Assembly: GCA_963775465.1 (NCBI GenBank)
Contig: CAVZIW010000006.1
Coordinates: 192,001-256,000, forward strand
From: Candidatus Bathyarchaeota archaeon
GTDB lineage: Archaea; Thermoproteota; Bathyarchaeia; Bathyarchaeales; Bathycorpusculaceae
Length of the DNA stretch: 64,000 nucleotides
Reading direction: 5' to 3'
The notes under the pieces were generated by a model. It was not told the DNA's origin and did not search any database. It was given only the letters and a program-made list of their open reading frames with translations. Positions 30,052 to 40,570 of this stretch are shown here, one piece after another. Both the position numbers and the translations under genes were made by a program. Positions within the stretch are counted from its first letter, which is position 1. Each line of letters starts with the position of its first letter.

Positions 30052-33000
30052 CTAACCTTTTGTTTCTGAAGCTGTATTTGTTCGTTCGCTCAATGATGCT
30101 GGCAAGATTATATTGAATTTTGTTCCCTTTCCCATTTCACTGTTGAATTCCACTTTTCCATTTAATGCTTCAGTTAAGCGTTTGATGACAGCTAACCCGA
30201 AACCTTGACCCTTAGATTTAGTCGTGAAAAGAGGAATGAAGAGCTTTGACTTAACATCTTCAGGTATTCCCATTCCAGTATCTTGAACCGAAATTATTAG
30301 ATCTGAACCTTCTCTATAAGCTAAAATTGTTAAGGCTCCTCCTTCAGGCATAGCTTGAACCGCATTATTCACCAAGTTAAACAAAATACGCTTAACCCAG
30401 TTTTCATCAGCCACAAGTTCGCTGGCATTCTCATTTATGGTGCATGAAAGTATGATGTTTTCAGGGATATTTGCTTTGGACAAGATATCACTACATACTG
30501 CTCGCAAATCCATTTTTTGGATAGAAGGATTGAGGGGTCTTGCGAAATCCTGCAAATCAGCAACGATTTTATTAATGTAATCTGCGTTCTTTTCAATTTC
30601 AGCTAAGCTTTCTTTTACTGCAGTTTTATTCTCACTGTCCGGAAAGAAGACAAGTTCTTCTTTTGCCAAGTAGAGGTCGCTTATTATGGCTTGAAGCGGG
30701 TTGCGAATATCGTGACCGACCATGCCTGCGGTTGCCCCAATGGTTGCAAGTCTTTCCGAATCTCTTAGCTGCTTGGTTTTTTCTTCAACCATTTGTTCAA
30801 GGTTTTCCGAGTGGGTTTTGAGCAGCTTCTCATTTTCAGCTAGTCTTTCAAGTGTCTGACTATTGATGAGGGCAATAGATGCTATTTCACCAAATGCCGC
30901 TGCCATTTGCGCGTCACGTTCGTTGAAGGGAATTGGCTTATTTGCCAATCCCATTATGCCAACAGTTTTCCTATCAATTACTAGCGGCGCAAACATAACG
31001 TTATTTAAAACTACGTGCCCCTTAGGCATTAGCTCAACCCATTGGCTATTAACAAAATCGTTATCGTAAGCTACCTTTCCTGTTAAGTATGAACTCGCCC
31101 GTAATCCACGGATTGGCATAGGCAAAGCTGGATCTACTGTGCAAGGTCGTCCACCCGCATCCAAAAACAAAACCTGGTTCTCTTTTTCGTCCTCACTCAA
31201 AAGAGCCACATAACCCGCCGATGCACCCAGCAGATTCTTACAGCAATCGAAAATCACTTTAGAAGCATTGCTAAATTCGCGGTGAACTAAGACTGCCTTT
31301 GATGCTTCCAAAAGGGCGGCAACCTCGGATTGCCTAGATTGAGAAGCTTTGAGAGTTTCCAGCAATTCATTCTCCATTGCTTTGCGTTTCGTAATGTCGA
31401 TGCAGGTGCCAACCCAATCGATAACATCTCCTGATTCATCAAAAAGGGGAACTCCCCTTGCAAGAAAATGTCGGAAAACGCCATCTCTGCGCCTTAATCG
31501 ATATTCAATTTCATAATTACTTTTGTCTTCTACGGCTTTTTTCCAAACTCTAGTTGTTCTCTCAAGATCTTCAGGATGAATTGCTCTAAGCCAACCCCAT
31601 CCCTTTACTTCGTTAAAAGATTGCCCAGTGAAATTTCTAAACGTTGGAATATCTTCAACCACTTCTCCTTTGGCATTTGTTGTCCAACCGAGTTCACCTG
31701 TAACTTCTATGTATGAACGATATTTTTCTTCACTTTTTCTTCGAGCATCATCAGCTCTTTTGCGTTCAGTTATATCTCTTGCAACGTGAACTGAACCAAC
31801 CATGCGTCCAAATTCATCTTTGAGCGGTGTAGTGCTGACTAAAAAGTCTCCTCCGAGTCTGTCTTCATGTACTTCCGCTGTATGTTCTTGCTCATCTAAT
31901 AGTGACTTTGCATGGGGACAGAACTCTGGGGGTTCACCAGTTCCATGAACGCATGTATAACAGTTTAATCCAATGGCTTGTTCTGGTGTTGTCTTTAAAG
32001 CTTGGGCCATAGCTTTGTTGGCTCGAACAATTCTGTGATTGTTATCTAAAATCGCAATCAAGTCTGGGACGCTATCAAAAGTGCGTTCCCAATCAACCTT
32101 GGCTTTCTTTAAAGCATCTTCAGCTTTAATTCGTTCTGTTATATCTACGTTAGATTCCATTATTTCTGTAATTTTTCCTTTCTGGTTCAGTTTAGGTTGC
32201 CAACAACTTTGAACTGTTAATTCTCTTCCATTCTTGGCGGTGTGCAAAAGGTCTCCTGACCATGTGTTGTTCTTTTTAAGATTCAAAACTATTTTTTTGT
32301 AAGGCTCGGGAAATTTTGTTTTCAACAATTCACTGGCATTTTGCCCCAAGGCTTCTTTTTTTGACCAACCGTACAATTTTTCTGCGCCTTTGCTCCAGAA
32401 AATTATTGCTCCCCCTAAGTCCCGCACAAAAATGCCGTCTAGACTTAAATCGATTAAGGCAGCTTGGTTGAACACCTCAGCTTGGGCTCGATCCTTATCT
32501 GCTTTAAGCCGAAGCATCATTATTCCACGCGCAAAATCACTTGCCAGTTCCGTCAATAATTTAACTTCATCGTCTGAACAAAAATCTTTTTCAGCAGAAT
32601 AAAGAGTTAAAGCGCCTAAGACTGTTTCTCCTAATTTTAATGGGAGCGCAATCGATGATGCGTAGCCTCTTTTGAGTGCTTCCTTTCTCCAAGGTTTGAG
32701 CGTTGGATCCGTTAGTATGTTTACGCATAGCTGGGGTTGTCCTGTACGAATTGCTCTCCCGGTTGGACCGCGACCCCTAGCTGTATCCGCCCACGTAATC
32801 TTCAACGAATCAAGATATCCTTCCTCAAAACCTGCATATGCCACTGGCAGGACAGATTTTGCAACGTCTTTTTGGGCCAATCCAACCCAGACCATCTTAT
32901 AGCCACAATCTATGCTAATTATTCTGCAGATTTCCTGCAAGAATGATTCTTCATCAACGGCGCGTGTGAGGGCTTGGCTGCTATTGCTCATTGCTCTCAA

Positions 33001-33543
33001 AGTACGGTTAGCTTTCTTAAGTTCGGTTTCTACACGTTTTTGCTTCAAAATCTTGCTTAGTTCATTACCGACTAATTCAAGTTTAGCAATATCCTCTTTG
33101 TTATAGCGCTTTTTTTTATTGCCAACTCCGAAGATAGCATAGACTTTCCCTTTTTCCAAAATAGGATAACTCACTAATCTTTCTAATGGAACATGTCCTT
33201 TTGGAAGCCCTTTTTGGTTGGGGCTCACTTTAAAGTCGTTATATATAATTGGATGTTTTTTACGAATACTGTCTGCCAAGTTACCTGCTTGCTCTATTGG
33301 GTAATGTTTATCATAATATGTGCTGCAATTTTGAAGTGTTCTTTTATTCCATAAGGTCAACTTTATTGTCTTTTGATCGTTGTTCACAAAATGGAAAAAC
33401 CCTATCTTGCTTTCGGTTACTTCTATCGCGTGATCTAAGAAGTACTCGTAGAGTTTACTTTCATCTATGTCTAACGCTTTCTTGTAGAGTTCTAGTAGAA
33501 AGCTGGTTTTTTCCTTTGTTTTTTGGCCTGAATCGTGGGTCAT
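30052..33543 (-). CDS. Soluble multi-sensor histidine kinase (GAF-GAF-PAS-PAS-PAS-GAF-HisKA-HATPase)
   Basis: Three PAS/PAC ends (DITER/DITKR), GHDIRNPL H-box, NAVQAM, DTGMGI, FTTK..GQGFGL. Confidence 0.93.
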   Translation of the reverse strand: MTHDSGQKTKEKTSFLLELYKKALDIDESKLYEYFLDHAIEVTESKIGFFHFVNNDQKTIKLTLWNKRTLQNCSTYYDKHYPIEQAGNLADSIRKKHPIIYNDFKVSPNQKGLPKGHVPLERLVSYPILEKGKVYAIFGVGNKKKRYNKEDIAKLELVGNELSKILKQKRVETELKKANRTLRAMSNSSQALTRAVDEESFLQEICRIISIDCGYKMVWVGLAQKDVAKSVLPVAYAGFEEGYLDSLKITWADTARGRGPTGRAIRTGQPQLCVNILTDPTLKPWRKEALKRGYASSIALPLKLGETVLGALTLYSAEKDFCSDDEVKLLTELASDFARGIMMLRLKADKDRAQAEVFNQAALIDLSLDGIFVRDLGGAIIFWSKGAEKLYGWSKKEALGQNASELLKTKFPEPYKKIVLNLKKNNTWSGDLLHTAKNGRELTVQSCWQPKLNQKGKITEIMESNVDITERIKAEDALKKAKVDWERTFDSVPDLIAILDNNHRIVRANKAMAQALKTTPEQAIGLNCYTCVHGTGEPPEFCPHAKSLLDEQEHTAEVHEDRLGGDFLVSTTPLKDEFGRMVGSVHVARDITERKRADDARRKSEEKYRSYIEVTGELGWTTNAKGEVVEDIPTFRNFTGQSFNEVKGWGWLRAIHPEDLERTTRVWKKAVEDKSNYEIEYRLRRRDGVFRHFLARGVPLFDESGDVIDWVGTCIDITKRKAMENELLETLKASQSRQSEVAALLEASKAVLVHREFSNASKVIFDCCKNLLGASAGYVALLSEDEKENQVLFLDAGGRPCTVDPALPMPIRGLRASSYLTGKVAYDNDFVNSQWVELMPKGHVVLNNVMFAPLVIDRKTVGIMGLANKPIPFNERDAQMAAAFGEIASIALINSQTLERLAENEKLLKTHSENLEQMVEEKTKQLRDSERLATIGATAGMVGHDIRNPLQAIISDLYLAKEELVFFPDSENKTAVKESLAEIEKNADYINKIVADLQDFARPLNPSIQKMDLRAVCSDILSKANIPENIILSCTINENASELVADENWVKRILFNLVNNAVQAMPEGGALTILAYREGSDLIISVQDTGMGIPEDVKSKLFIPLFTTKSKGQGFGLAVIKRLTEALNGKVEFNSEMGKGTKFNIILPASLSERTNTASETKG

Positions 33544-33692
33544 GATGTGCCATTCTTCGGTTTGCTAAAAAGAAGATGAGAGAGTTCAAAAAGTTTTCGA
33601 TAACTGATTGCTTCAGAATTCTGTTGTTGCCAGGTGAACCAACATTCATTTTTATATTATTTTGCAGTCTTGTTCAAGAAAGTGAGTATTTC

Positions 33693-33821
33693 ATGGCTAT
33701 TTGCCCCAACTGCAGAAAAGAAGTGGCGACTTCAGTGCGGAAGATAGAGAACTCGTTCTTTTGCATAGAACTCTATTCTTGTATTGATTGTGGATGCTCT
33801 TTTAAGTCTTTTAGTGGTTAA
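33693..33821 (+). CDS. Small zinc-ribbon protein (42 aa), paralog of 22854-22979
   Basis: MAICPNCRKEVATSVRKIENSFFCIELYSCIDCGCSFKSFSG; ATG 33693 inside ORF 33576-33821. Confidence 0.75.
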   Translation: MAICPNCRKEVATSVRKIENSFFCIELYSCIDCGCSFKSFSG

Positions 33822-34050
33822 GCTTGGTTTACCTTAACAGTGAAGGTTTTATTTTTAGGCTCCACGGTTTTTTCATATGGATATTTTTAGGGTATTTCAT
33901 TCAATTTGCGATGTTTTTTACTATTTTATGCCTAAAAGTTGGTGTTTTGATATCAGGTTGTCTATTTGAAACTTTTAAGTTGTTGTTGCAGGATGTAATC
34001 ACATTGTTTTATATCCTTCCGAAAAGTTATGAGTAGTTAGGAATGCAAGG

Positions 34051-34176
34051 GATAGCCAACAAAGTTAAGCGGGTCCGGCTGCTACCGAAGGGGAAGGCGC
34101 TGCCCACATGAATTCTATGCCTTATCCCAAACTAGCACAAGGCTAGGTCCGCTTAACCCAACATTTTTGGCTAATC
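34051..34176 (+). ncRNA. Candidate structured intergenic RNA (multi-stem junction); family not recognised, strand uncertain
   Basis: Nested complementary segments TAGCCAA/TTGGCTA and GTTAAGCGG/CCGCTTAAC enclose three inner stems; TTTTATAT box at 34007-34014. Confidence 0.45.
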
Positions 34177-34532
34177 AGACACTGTAGCTGCAATTGATAA
34201 GACGTTACTCTATTAAGCTTATTATGATCATTTTTTTGCATTAACTTATCTAACTTTTTTAAAATCCTCCAATTTTTATCCACATTCAGCAGTGCTGTGA
34301 AATGCGATTTGTCTGAACCTGCCAGCAGCCTATTAGTATTTTGCGAGATTTAAGGAGAAATAAATACTGACATTTTAATAGAACCATTAAAACTTGACCT
34401 TTTCTGCTTTAAACAAGGCCAAAAATAGACCCGTAGTTTTAAGATGGAATTAGGAACAAAAATATTGTTCATTCTGCGGACAAAAGAGATATAGGACTTG
34501 CACCTTTTTGATTCCAACGCAAGTGAAATCCA

Positions 34533-35678
34533 ATGTCCATTCCAAATGCTGAAGAGAACAACAATGAAATGGTGATTACCCCTTGGGAAGTTAAAGGTAA
34601 AGTAGATTATCAACGGCTAATCAAAGAGTTTGGCACTCAACCCCTCACTTCTAAACTCCTCCAGCGTATGGAGAAGCATACCGACAGGCTCCATCTGCAG
34701 CTTGAGCGAGAAATTTTCTTCAGTCACCGCGACTTAGACACTGTATTGGATCTATGCGATAAAGGTACAAAATTCGTTTTGTATACGGGCAGAGGACCAT
34801 CTGGGCCTGTCCATATTGGTCACCTCGTTCCCTGGATATTTACTCTTCACATGCAAAAGACATTCAAAACGAGGCTCTATTTCCAACTAACCGACGACGA
34901 AAAATACCTAATTAGCGATAACGCTGACCTCAAAACCACAGCCAAATGGAGCTACGAAAACGCTTTGGACCTAATTGCATTGGGCTTCAAACCAGAGGAC
35001 ACTTTCATAATATACGATACTAAAGATATAGACTTGCTATATAGCATAACATTAGAAGTTGCTAAACGTATCACCTATAGTACAGCTCGAAGTAGCTTCG
35101 GATTTCAGGATAGCACCAACATCGGCTGGGTTTATTGGCCTGCCATCCAAGCTGCGCCATGCTTTATCCACAAAAAACTCACCGGCGAAAACGTTCCTGC
35201 ACTTATCCCTGCAGCTATAGACCAAGATCCCTATTGGCGGGTAACCCGCGACATCGCTCAAAAACTCGGCTACTACAAACCAGCACAAATTCATTGTCGT
35301 TTTCTACCAGGACTCGGTGCAGGCGGAAAAATGAGTGCTAGCATGCCAGAAACCAGCATTTTCACCACTGACAAGCCTGATGCTGTTAAAAAGAAAATCT
35401 GGAATGCTCTTACCGGAGGCAAAGGTACCGCAGCGGAACAACGCAAAACAGGCGCTGATCCCACGGTTTGCAGCATTTTCCAGTATTACTTTTTCCTCTT
35501 CGAAGAAGACAACAAGAAACTTTCCGAACGCGAGCGCAAATGCCGAGGTGGCGAAATGTTGTGCGGCGAATGCAAAAAAGACTTGGCAGAAAAACTCAAC
35601 GAGTTCCTAATGAAACATCAGGAATGTCGAGAAAAAGCAAAAGACAAGATCGAACAATACAACATAAAACGCAAATAA
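34533..35678 (+). CDS. trpS: Tryptophanyl-tRNA synthetase
   Basis: YTGRGPS, HIGH, AIDQDPY, KMSAS. Confidence 0.97.
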   Translation: MSIPNAEENNNEMVITPWEVKGKVDYQRLIKEFGTQPLTSKLLQRMEKHTDRLHLQLEREIFFSHRDLDTVLDLCDKGTKFVLYTGRGPSGPVHIGHLVPWIFTLHMQKTFKTRLYFQLTDDEKYLISDNADLKTTAKWSYENALDLIALGFKPEDTFIIYDTKDIDLLYSITLEVAKRITYSTARSSFGFQDSTNIGWVYWPAIQAAPCFIHKKLTGENVPALIPAAIDQDPYWRVTRDIAQKLGYYKPAQIHCRFLPGLGAGGKMSASMPETSIFTTDKPDAVKKKIWNALTGGKGTAAEQRKTGADPTVCSIFQYYFFLFEEDNKKLSERERKCRGGEMLCGECKKDLAEKLNEFLMKHQECREKAKDKIEQYNIKRK

Positions 35679-35875
35679 ATTTAAAAACCGCTCCCAATTT
35701 CGATTATCTGAAACTAATTTTTTATTCAATATTCATTAATTTCGAAATCTTTGAACTATCAGATATACACCAAACGAATTGCAACGAAGATTCACTAACT
35801 TACTTAATTTCCTTCATTCAAGCGATTTTTCTTAAAAAATCAAGTTTTCTAAATTGATTTTTAATTTTATATAGA

Positions 35876-36163
35876 TCAATGTTTCTCTATTTTTTCTTCT
35901 TTTTTATTTAGTTCAATTTTCATTTTGGACTGTACTTTTTTTCTTTGCTTAAATATTAGATATTCTAGCCAGATGCCTATTATCCCACTGCTGAAAAAGA
36001 CTAGTCCACTGACAGCGGCGGGTAATGCTAGGGGGCGATATGGATAAATAACATTTGAGGCGCTCGTTTGCGTCTTTGAAAAAATAAAGAAAACCGTCAT
36101 TGCAAGGAACATTATGCCTATAATTGAAAAACTGTATCCTAAAAAAGCACGCAGATTTGCCAT
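35876..36163 (-). CDS. Small two-TM membrane protein
   Basis: Two hydrophobic helices around YPYR, basic tail. Confidence 0.6.
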   Translation of the reverse strand: MANLRAFLGYSFSIIGIMFLAMTVFFIFSKTQTSASNVIYPYRPLALPAAVSGLVFFSSGIIGIWLEYLIFKQRKKVQSKMKIELNKKEEKIEKH

Positions 36164-36494
36164 TTTTTTTCAGTGCTAGTTTTAAGCAAATCTTACCATA
36201 TAAGGTCTTTTTATTGCTGGTCAGGAAAAGCAATTGTTGTACAGACATCCAAGAAGCAAAAGATAAAATCTGAAATCATATTTATTTTTTCGAAATACTT
36301 ACAGTGTTCGGCTCGCTCCATTTGTCTACGTTGAAGGCACCAATTTTTAGGAGCTTTCTATGTAAAAAAACTCTGAATTATGTCTTATTTTGCTTGCTCA
36401 AAAAATCGAAAAATTGCGACCAATTTTTTCAAGCATTTTGGAAAATTTAGTCAAAAAGAGTGGAGAAATTATTTTGCTACATTTCATGGCAAAT

Positions 36495-36716
36495 CTATTG
36501 ATGGCTGAAAGTGTGGTCGTTTATTTGATCGGATAGAGGTGTTGATTTTGCGTGCATTTGCTTTTCTTCGAGGTCTGGGTGAGGGTTTAAAGCGGCTATA
36601 CATTTAATGTTGTCGAGTTTATTCTGCAATTTTTTGTAGGCTACAAAATAATTTAGAAGTTTTACGGCTTCTTCTTTTTCGAACACTTGCTTTTTTTGAG
36701 GCATTTTATTCACCAT
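36495..36716 (-). CDS. Small hypothetical protein
   Basis: 73-aa ORF with protein-like composition in an otherwise empty gap. Confidence 0.4.
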   Translation of the reverse strand: MVNKMPQKKQVFEKEEAVKLLNYFVAYKKLQNKLDNIKCIAALNPHPDLEEKQMHAKSTPLSDQINDHTFSHQ

Positions 36717-36941
36717 TCGATTGTTTATTAAATGTTACGACATAATTCATTTGTTAATATGCACATGTATATGGCAATAGCAGTTTAGGTTGAGAAAGAG
36801 CTTTCACAATTAAGCCAAGAAGGCAAACGCTCAAGAAAAGACAGAGCAATTTTAATTAAATCTGTAAAATATTACGACTCAATACAGTGAAAAGAAAAAT
36901 AAATAAACCCCATAACCCTTTCGCAATCTTATAAGATCAAG

Positions 36942-37502
36942 GTGAAAAAAATGTCCGCTAAAATTCCAATAAATAATACTTCAGCCTATAGACTTCTTCA
37001 CCCAATGCACACCGTTATAGTTTCATGCATTGGCAACAATAATAAACCAAACATCACAACCATAGCTTGGGCAATGCCAACTTCTATCAACCCCCCGCTA
37101 ATAGCTATCAGCATAGCTCCAGGCAGACATAGTCACAAACTCATTGTAGAGTCAGGTGAATTCATAGTTAACATCCCAACACTTGAGCTTTTGCAAGCAG
37201 TATACGCATGTGGCTCACTCACAGGTAGAAGCTTTGACAAATTCAAAAAAACTAATCTAACACAGATGCCCGGTAAAAAAGTTAAAGTTCCCGCCATCCG
37301 AGAATGCATAGCTCATTTAGAATGCAAAGTTGATGATCAACTCGTTACTGGTGACCACACAATCTTTGTAGGAAAAATCTTAGAAGCCTACGCAGACATG
37401 GGGATCTTCGCTGAAACCTACGACCTCAAAAAAGCACGAATGCTCTATCACGCAGGTGGAAACAACTTCTCGTTGCTAGACCCTAAAAATTATAAACCTT
37501 AA
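36942..37502 (+). CDS. Flavin reductase-like (flavoredoxin) protein
   Basis: YRLLHP, PNI.TIAW, SGEFIVNIP, LECKV, GDHTIFVG. Confidence 0.9.
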   Translation: MKKMSAKIPINNTSAYRLLHPMHTVIVSCIGNNNKPNITTIAWAMPTSINPPLIAISIAPGRHSHKLIVESGEFIVNIPTLELLQAVYACGSLTGRSFDKFKKTNLTQMPGKKVKVPAIRECIAHLECKVDDQLVTGDHTIFVGKILEAYADMGIFAETYDLKKARMLYHAGGNNFSLLDPKNYKP

Positions 37503-37742
37503 ATCAACTCGGAAATCCAAGTTTACAATCAAATGTCCAAGAGGTTCATAAATGATTGAAAAAGTTTGAATGATTGAGGATTCTTGGTTATTGATTTTTC
37601 GTACAACGAAAATAAACGTTAATCTTAGATTGGGTTTTTCTTACTCATGTTTATAAACTATTCTGGTTGATGCTGGCACTTGTTGGTGGGTTATGGATTT
37701 AAGTCCCCGAAGCATTAACCAATTTTACAGATGTGAATTGCC

Positions 37743-38645
37743 GTGCCATATGACAAAGAGGAATTAGAAAAGTTTCGTCAATCAGGAAAAATCCTGCAAA
37801 AAACCCGCGAAGAAATGCGAAGCTACGTAAAAGAAAACATGCCAATTATTGATGTATGCGAAAAAGCGGAATCGCTAATCTATGCCAAAGGAGGCAAACC
37901 AGCGTTTCCCTGCAACGTAAGCATTAACGAGATTGCAGCACACTACACTTCACCACCCGAAGATATTCTTCGAATTCCAAAAGGTTCAACGGTAAAAGTT
38001 GATTTAGGTGTCCATGTTGACGGCTACGTTACGGATACTGCATTCACAGCTGCTTTCAGCACCGAAGGCAAAAGCATGACTGCAGCAGCTGAACTAGCGC
38101 TAAAAACAGCTGTAGACAATATTCGAGGCGATATGGCATTGGGCAAAATCGGTGGCTTAATCGAAACCACTATAAAAAATCGTGGGTACAAACCTATCAG
38201 CAACCTTACAGGACATAGCGTTGGACGCTATCTGATTCATGCAGGTACATCTATTCCTAATGTTTCCCAGATTTCCCTAAATAAAGTGCATTCCGGCGAA
38301 GTATATGCCATCGAGCCATTCGTAACCTTTCCTGAAGCGATTGCCCGCGTGGAGGACTCCCCCCAAATTACAATTTTCCGTCTACTTAAAGCAAAATCCA
38401 CAAAAACCCAAGCCGCCAAAAAACTCTTAAAACATATTGAAACAAACTTCCACACATTACCATTTGCTGAACGCTGGTTAACTGGAGTTGTTCCACCAGA
38501 GCAACATAAAATTGCCTTCAACGAACTCTTGGCTTCAAAGTCAATAATGGGTTACCCTGTATTTGTTGAAGCAAGCAAAAAACCCGTGGCTCAAGCCGAG
38601 CACACATTGCTTATAAAAGATGAGGGATGTGAGGTTTTAACCTAA
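37743..38645 (+). CDS. map: Methionine aminopeptidase type II
   Basis: AFPCNVSINEIAAHYT, DLGVHVDGY..DTA, NLTGH, IEPF, AQAEHT. Confidence 0.96.
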   Translation: MPYDKEELEKFRQSGKILQKTREEMRSYVKENMPIIDVCEKAESLIYAKGGKPAFPCNVSINEIAAHYTSPPEDILRIPKGSTVKVDLGVHVDGYVTDTAFTAAFSTEGKSMTAAAELALKTAVDNIRGDMALGKIGGLIETTIKNRGYKPISNLTGHSVGRYLIHAGTSIPNVSQISLNKVHSGEVYAIEPFVTFPEAIARVEDSPQITIFRLLKAKSTKTQAAKKLLKHIETNFHTLPFAERWLTGVVPPEQHKIAFNELLASKSIMGYPVFVEASKKPVAQAEHTLLIKDEGCEVLT

Positions 38646-38648
38646 CGT

Positions 38649-39089
38649 TTAAACGTTGTAGGTTTTTTCTTTTTCTTTAACTTCTTTATAGATGGCAACT
38701 ATCATTTGTTTGCCACCGCATTTTTCACAATTGGCATCGAGTTCTTTAAAGACATAATCTCCACGTTGAAATTCCCGAGACGTTTTGCTGTCACAGTTTT
38801 TGACGCACCCGACAGTTGTCATGACTTTAGGAATCTCGATCTTTGCATGAGCTATAGCTTGTCTGGATTGGAATAGCAGAAACACTGACATAACCATGGC
38901 GATTACACCAATCGCTGCCAGGACGCCTGCTGCAACTTGATCGCCGAGGAAGTAAGTATCCACCGCAATGAAAAGCGCTGCAATTGACAGAGCCATCACT
39001 ACAAATACTATTAGCGTGAGATATGACGAGATTTTATTGCTTTGCGGGGTAGTTTGAGTTTGATTTTGGGTCATGCGTTTGAACCTCAT
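38649..39089 (-). CDS. Two-TM protein with C-terminal zinc ribbon (DUF1512-associated)
   Basis: Two TMs; CVKNC...REFQRGDYVFK...CEKCGG; start overlaps the DUF1512 stop. Confidence 0.8.
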   Translation of the reverse strand: MRFKRMTQNQTQTTPQSNKISSYLTLIVFVVMALSIAALFIAVDTYFLGDQVAAGVLAAIGVIAMVMSVFLLFQSRQAIAHAKIEIPKVMTTVGCVKNCDSKTSREFQRGDYVFKELDANCEKCGGKQMIVAIYKEVKEKEKTYNV

Positions 39090-40222
39090 TATTGTCCAAC
39101 TCCTATAGAGTTTCCGACGCCAACAATTATGACTTTGTCGCCTTCTTTGGTGCGTTCCCTTATCATCAATTTAACTTGTTCTATGGCTTTATCGATTGAA
39201 TCATTGATTTCTTTTCGCATGGGTGACACAGCATCGCCAATATCTTGTTTAATGATTATTGCATAATTGCGAATCTTGTATTTAGTTAGTTTTTCTTCAA
39301 TCTTGAATGCGTCCACGCCAGGTCCACCTATGGCTGCACCGATTCCTTCGGCAACTTCACCAACTCCCTCACCTTCAAGCTTTAAGCCTGCGTCAATCAT
39401 TATTAAGCAGGCTATTTTGCCTTCATTTTCTTCAATAGCTGCTTCAACAGCGTCGCCTGGTTTGCCAACGTTTCCGCCAGGACCTTCAGCCTTAATGATT
39501 ATTGCTGTACGTCCTTCTATTGGAACACTTGCCATGACGCAGTCTTTGGCCAGTTTGCGGGTTTCATAACCATGCATGAGTTTTCCTGCAACAAGTGGTC
39601 CTGCTCCATCGCCTATTGGTTGACCATACGCGAAGGCTTTAAGAGCTGATGCATACGCTTCAGCTTCTTTCATTACCATTGGAAGAATCATCTGAAGTTG
39701 CATTATGACATACAAACTCAGAGTTTTTTTACCTTGGATGTAGTAGTGGCGTACAACTTTGTAAATGAAGTTTAACGCCATTGCTGCCTCAAGGGTGTTT
39801 TCTAAGTTGTTAATTTGGACTTCGTCATTTTGGAGTTCGGGCGCCATGAGCTTAACTTCTTCTTTTAGACGCTCGTCTCTAGTATCTAATATATGATCTA
39901 GTTTAGCAACGATTCCAGCGGGATCCATGCTTTGAGGTGCTATAGTGAAGTATTCTAGATAGCGATCAACACGTGTCGAAGGGTCAGTGGTTGGTTTGCC
40001 CAGTTCCTTGATGACATCGATAGCTGTCTTTTTTCCTTCTTCTTTAATATGTCTAAGTTTATGCAGAGAGTTTTCAACTTCACGAATCATTATGTACATT
40101 TGAATGCGTTGACCATAGAAGATGAATCCTATGAAGAATACGTACATAACCAAGCTCAAAACTTGAGTTATTGAATCGGTTCCTGGAATTAAGCTCACTT
40201 TAGTTGCACCACTTTCTTTCAA
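39089..40222 (-). CDS. DUF1512 family protein
   Basis: PIGDGAGPL, KAEGPGGNVGKPG, IDAGLKLEGE, GVGNSIGVGQ. Confidence 0.88.
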   Translation of the reverse strand: MKESGATKVSLIPGTDSITQVLSLVMYVFFIGFIFYGQRIQMYIMIREVENSLHKLRHIKEEGKKTAIDVIKELGKPTTDPSTRVDRYLEYFTIAPQSMDPAGIVAKLDHILDTRDERLKEEVKLMAPELQNDEVQINNLENTLEAAMALNFIYKVVRHYYIQGKKTLSLYVIMQLQMILPMVMKEAEAYASALKAFAYGQPIGDGAGPLVAGKLMHGYETRKLAKDCVMASVPIEGRTAIIIKAEGPGGNVGKPGDAVEAAIEENEGKIACLIMIDAGLKLEGEGVGEVAEGIGAAIGGPGVDAFKIEEKLTKYKIRNYAIIIKQDIGDAVSPMRKEINDSIDKAIEQVKLMIRERTKEGDKVIIVGVGNSIGVGQ

Positions 40223-40294
40223 AAACTATTATAGGACAGTTATAAAGGTATGCCAAATCTCTCAAGGTTTTTCTGCCTTAAAAATAGTTTAAAT

Positions 40295-40413
40295 GCTGCC
40301 AGCTTTCCCAGGTTCACGTGGCCTAAGACCACACTACAGCTGGGAACGGAACACGGTTTAACTTCTGAGTTCGGAATGGGATCAGGTGGAACCCGCGTCC
40401 TATGACCGGCAAA
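40295..40413 (-). rRNA. rrf: 5S rRNA (stand-alone)
   Basis: Minus strand TGCCGGTCATAG...CACCTGATCCCATTCCGAACTCAGAAGTTAA...GCTGGCA; ends pair; conserved loop C sequence. Confidence 0.95.
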
Positions 40414-40570
40414 CATCCTCTACTGCCCTCCATTCCTTAATATACTTTTAGTTTTTAAGCGGCATTTTTGTTGGAAACGCCAAATTTTGAGCTGATTTAT
40501 GTTTACGCAATTTTCGAATAACTCGTTGACCGCTTAGAACTTACCTAATTTTATAAAATAAAGAGCAGAG

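Noticed and set aside
33824-34036. 70-aa hydrophobic ORF
   Set aside because: T-rich low-complexity intergenic sequence with TTG start and no RBS; probably spurious.
40295-40413. 5S rRNA unlinked from 16S/23S as a novelty
   Set aside because: Unlinked 5S genes are normal in TACK archaea.
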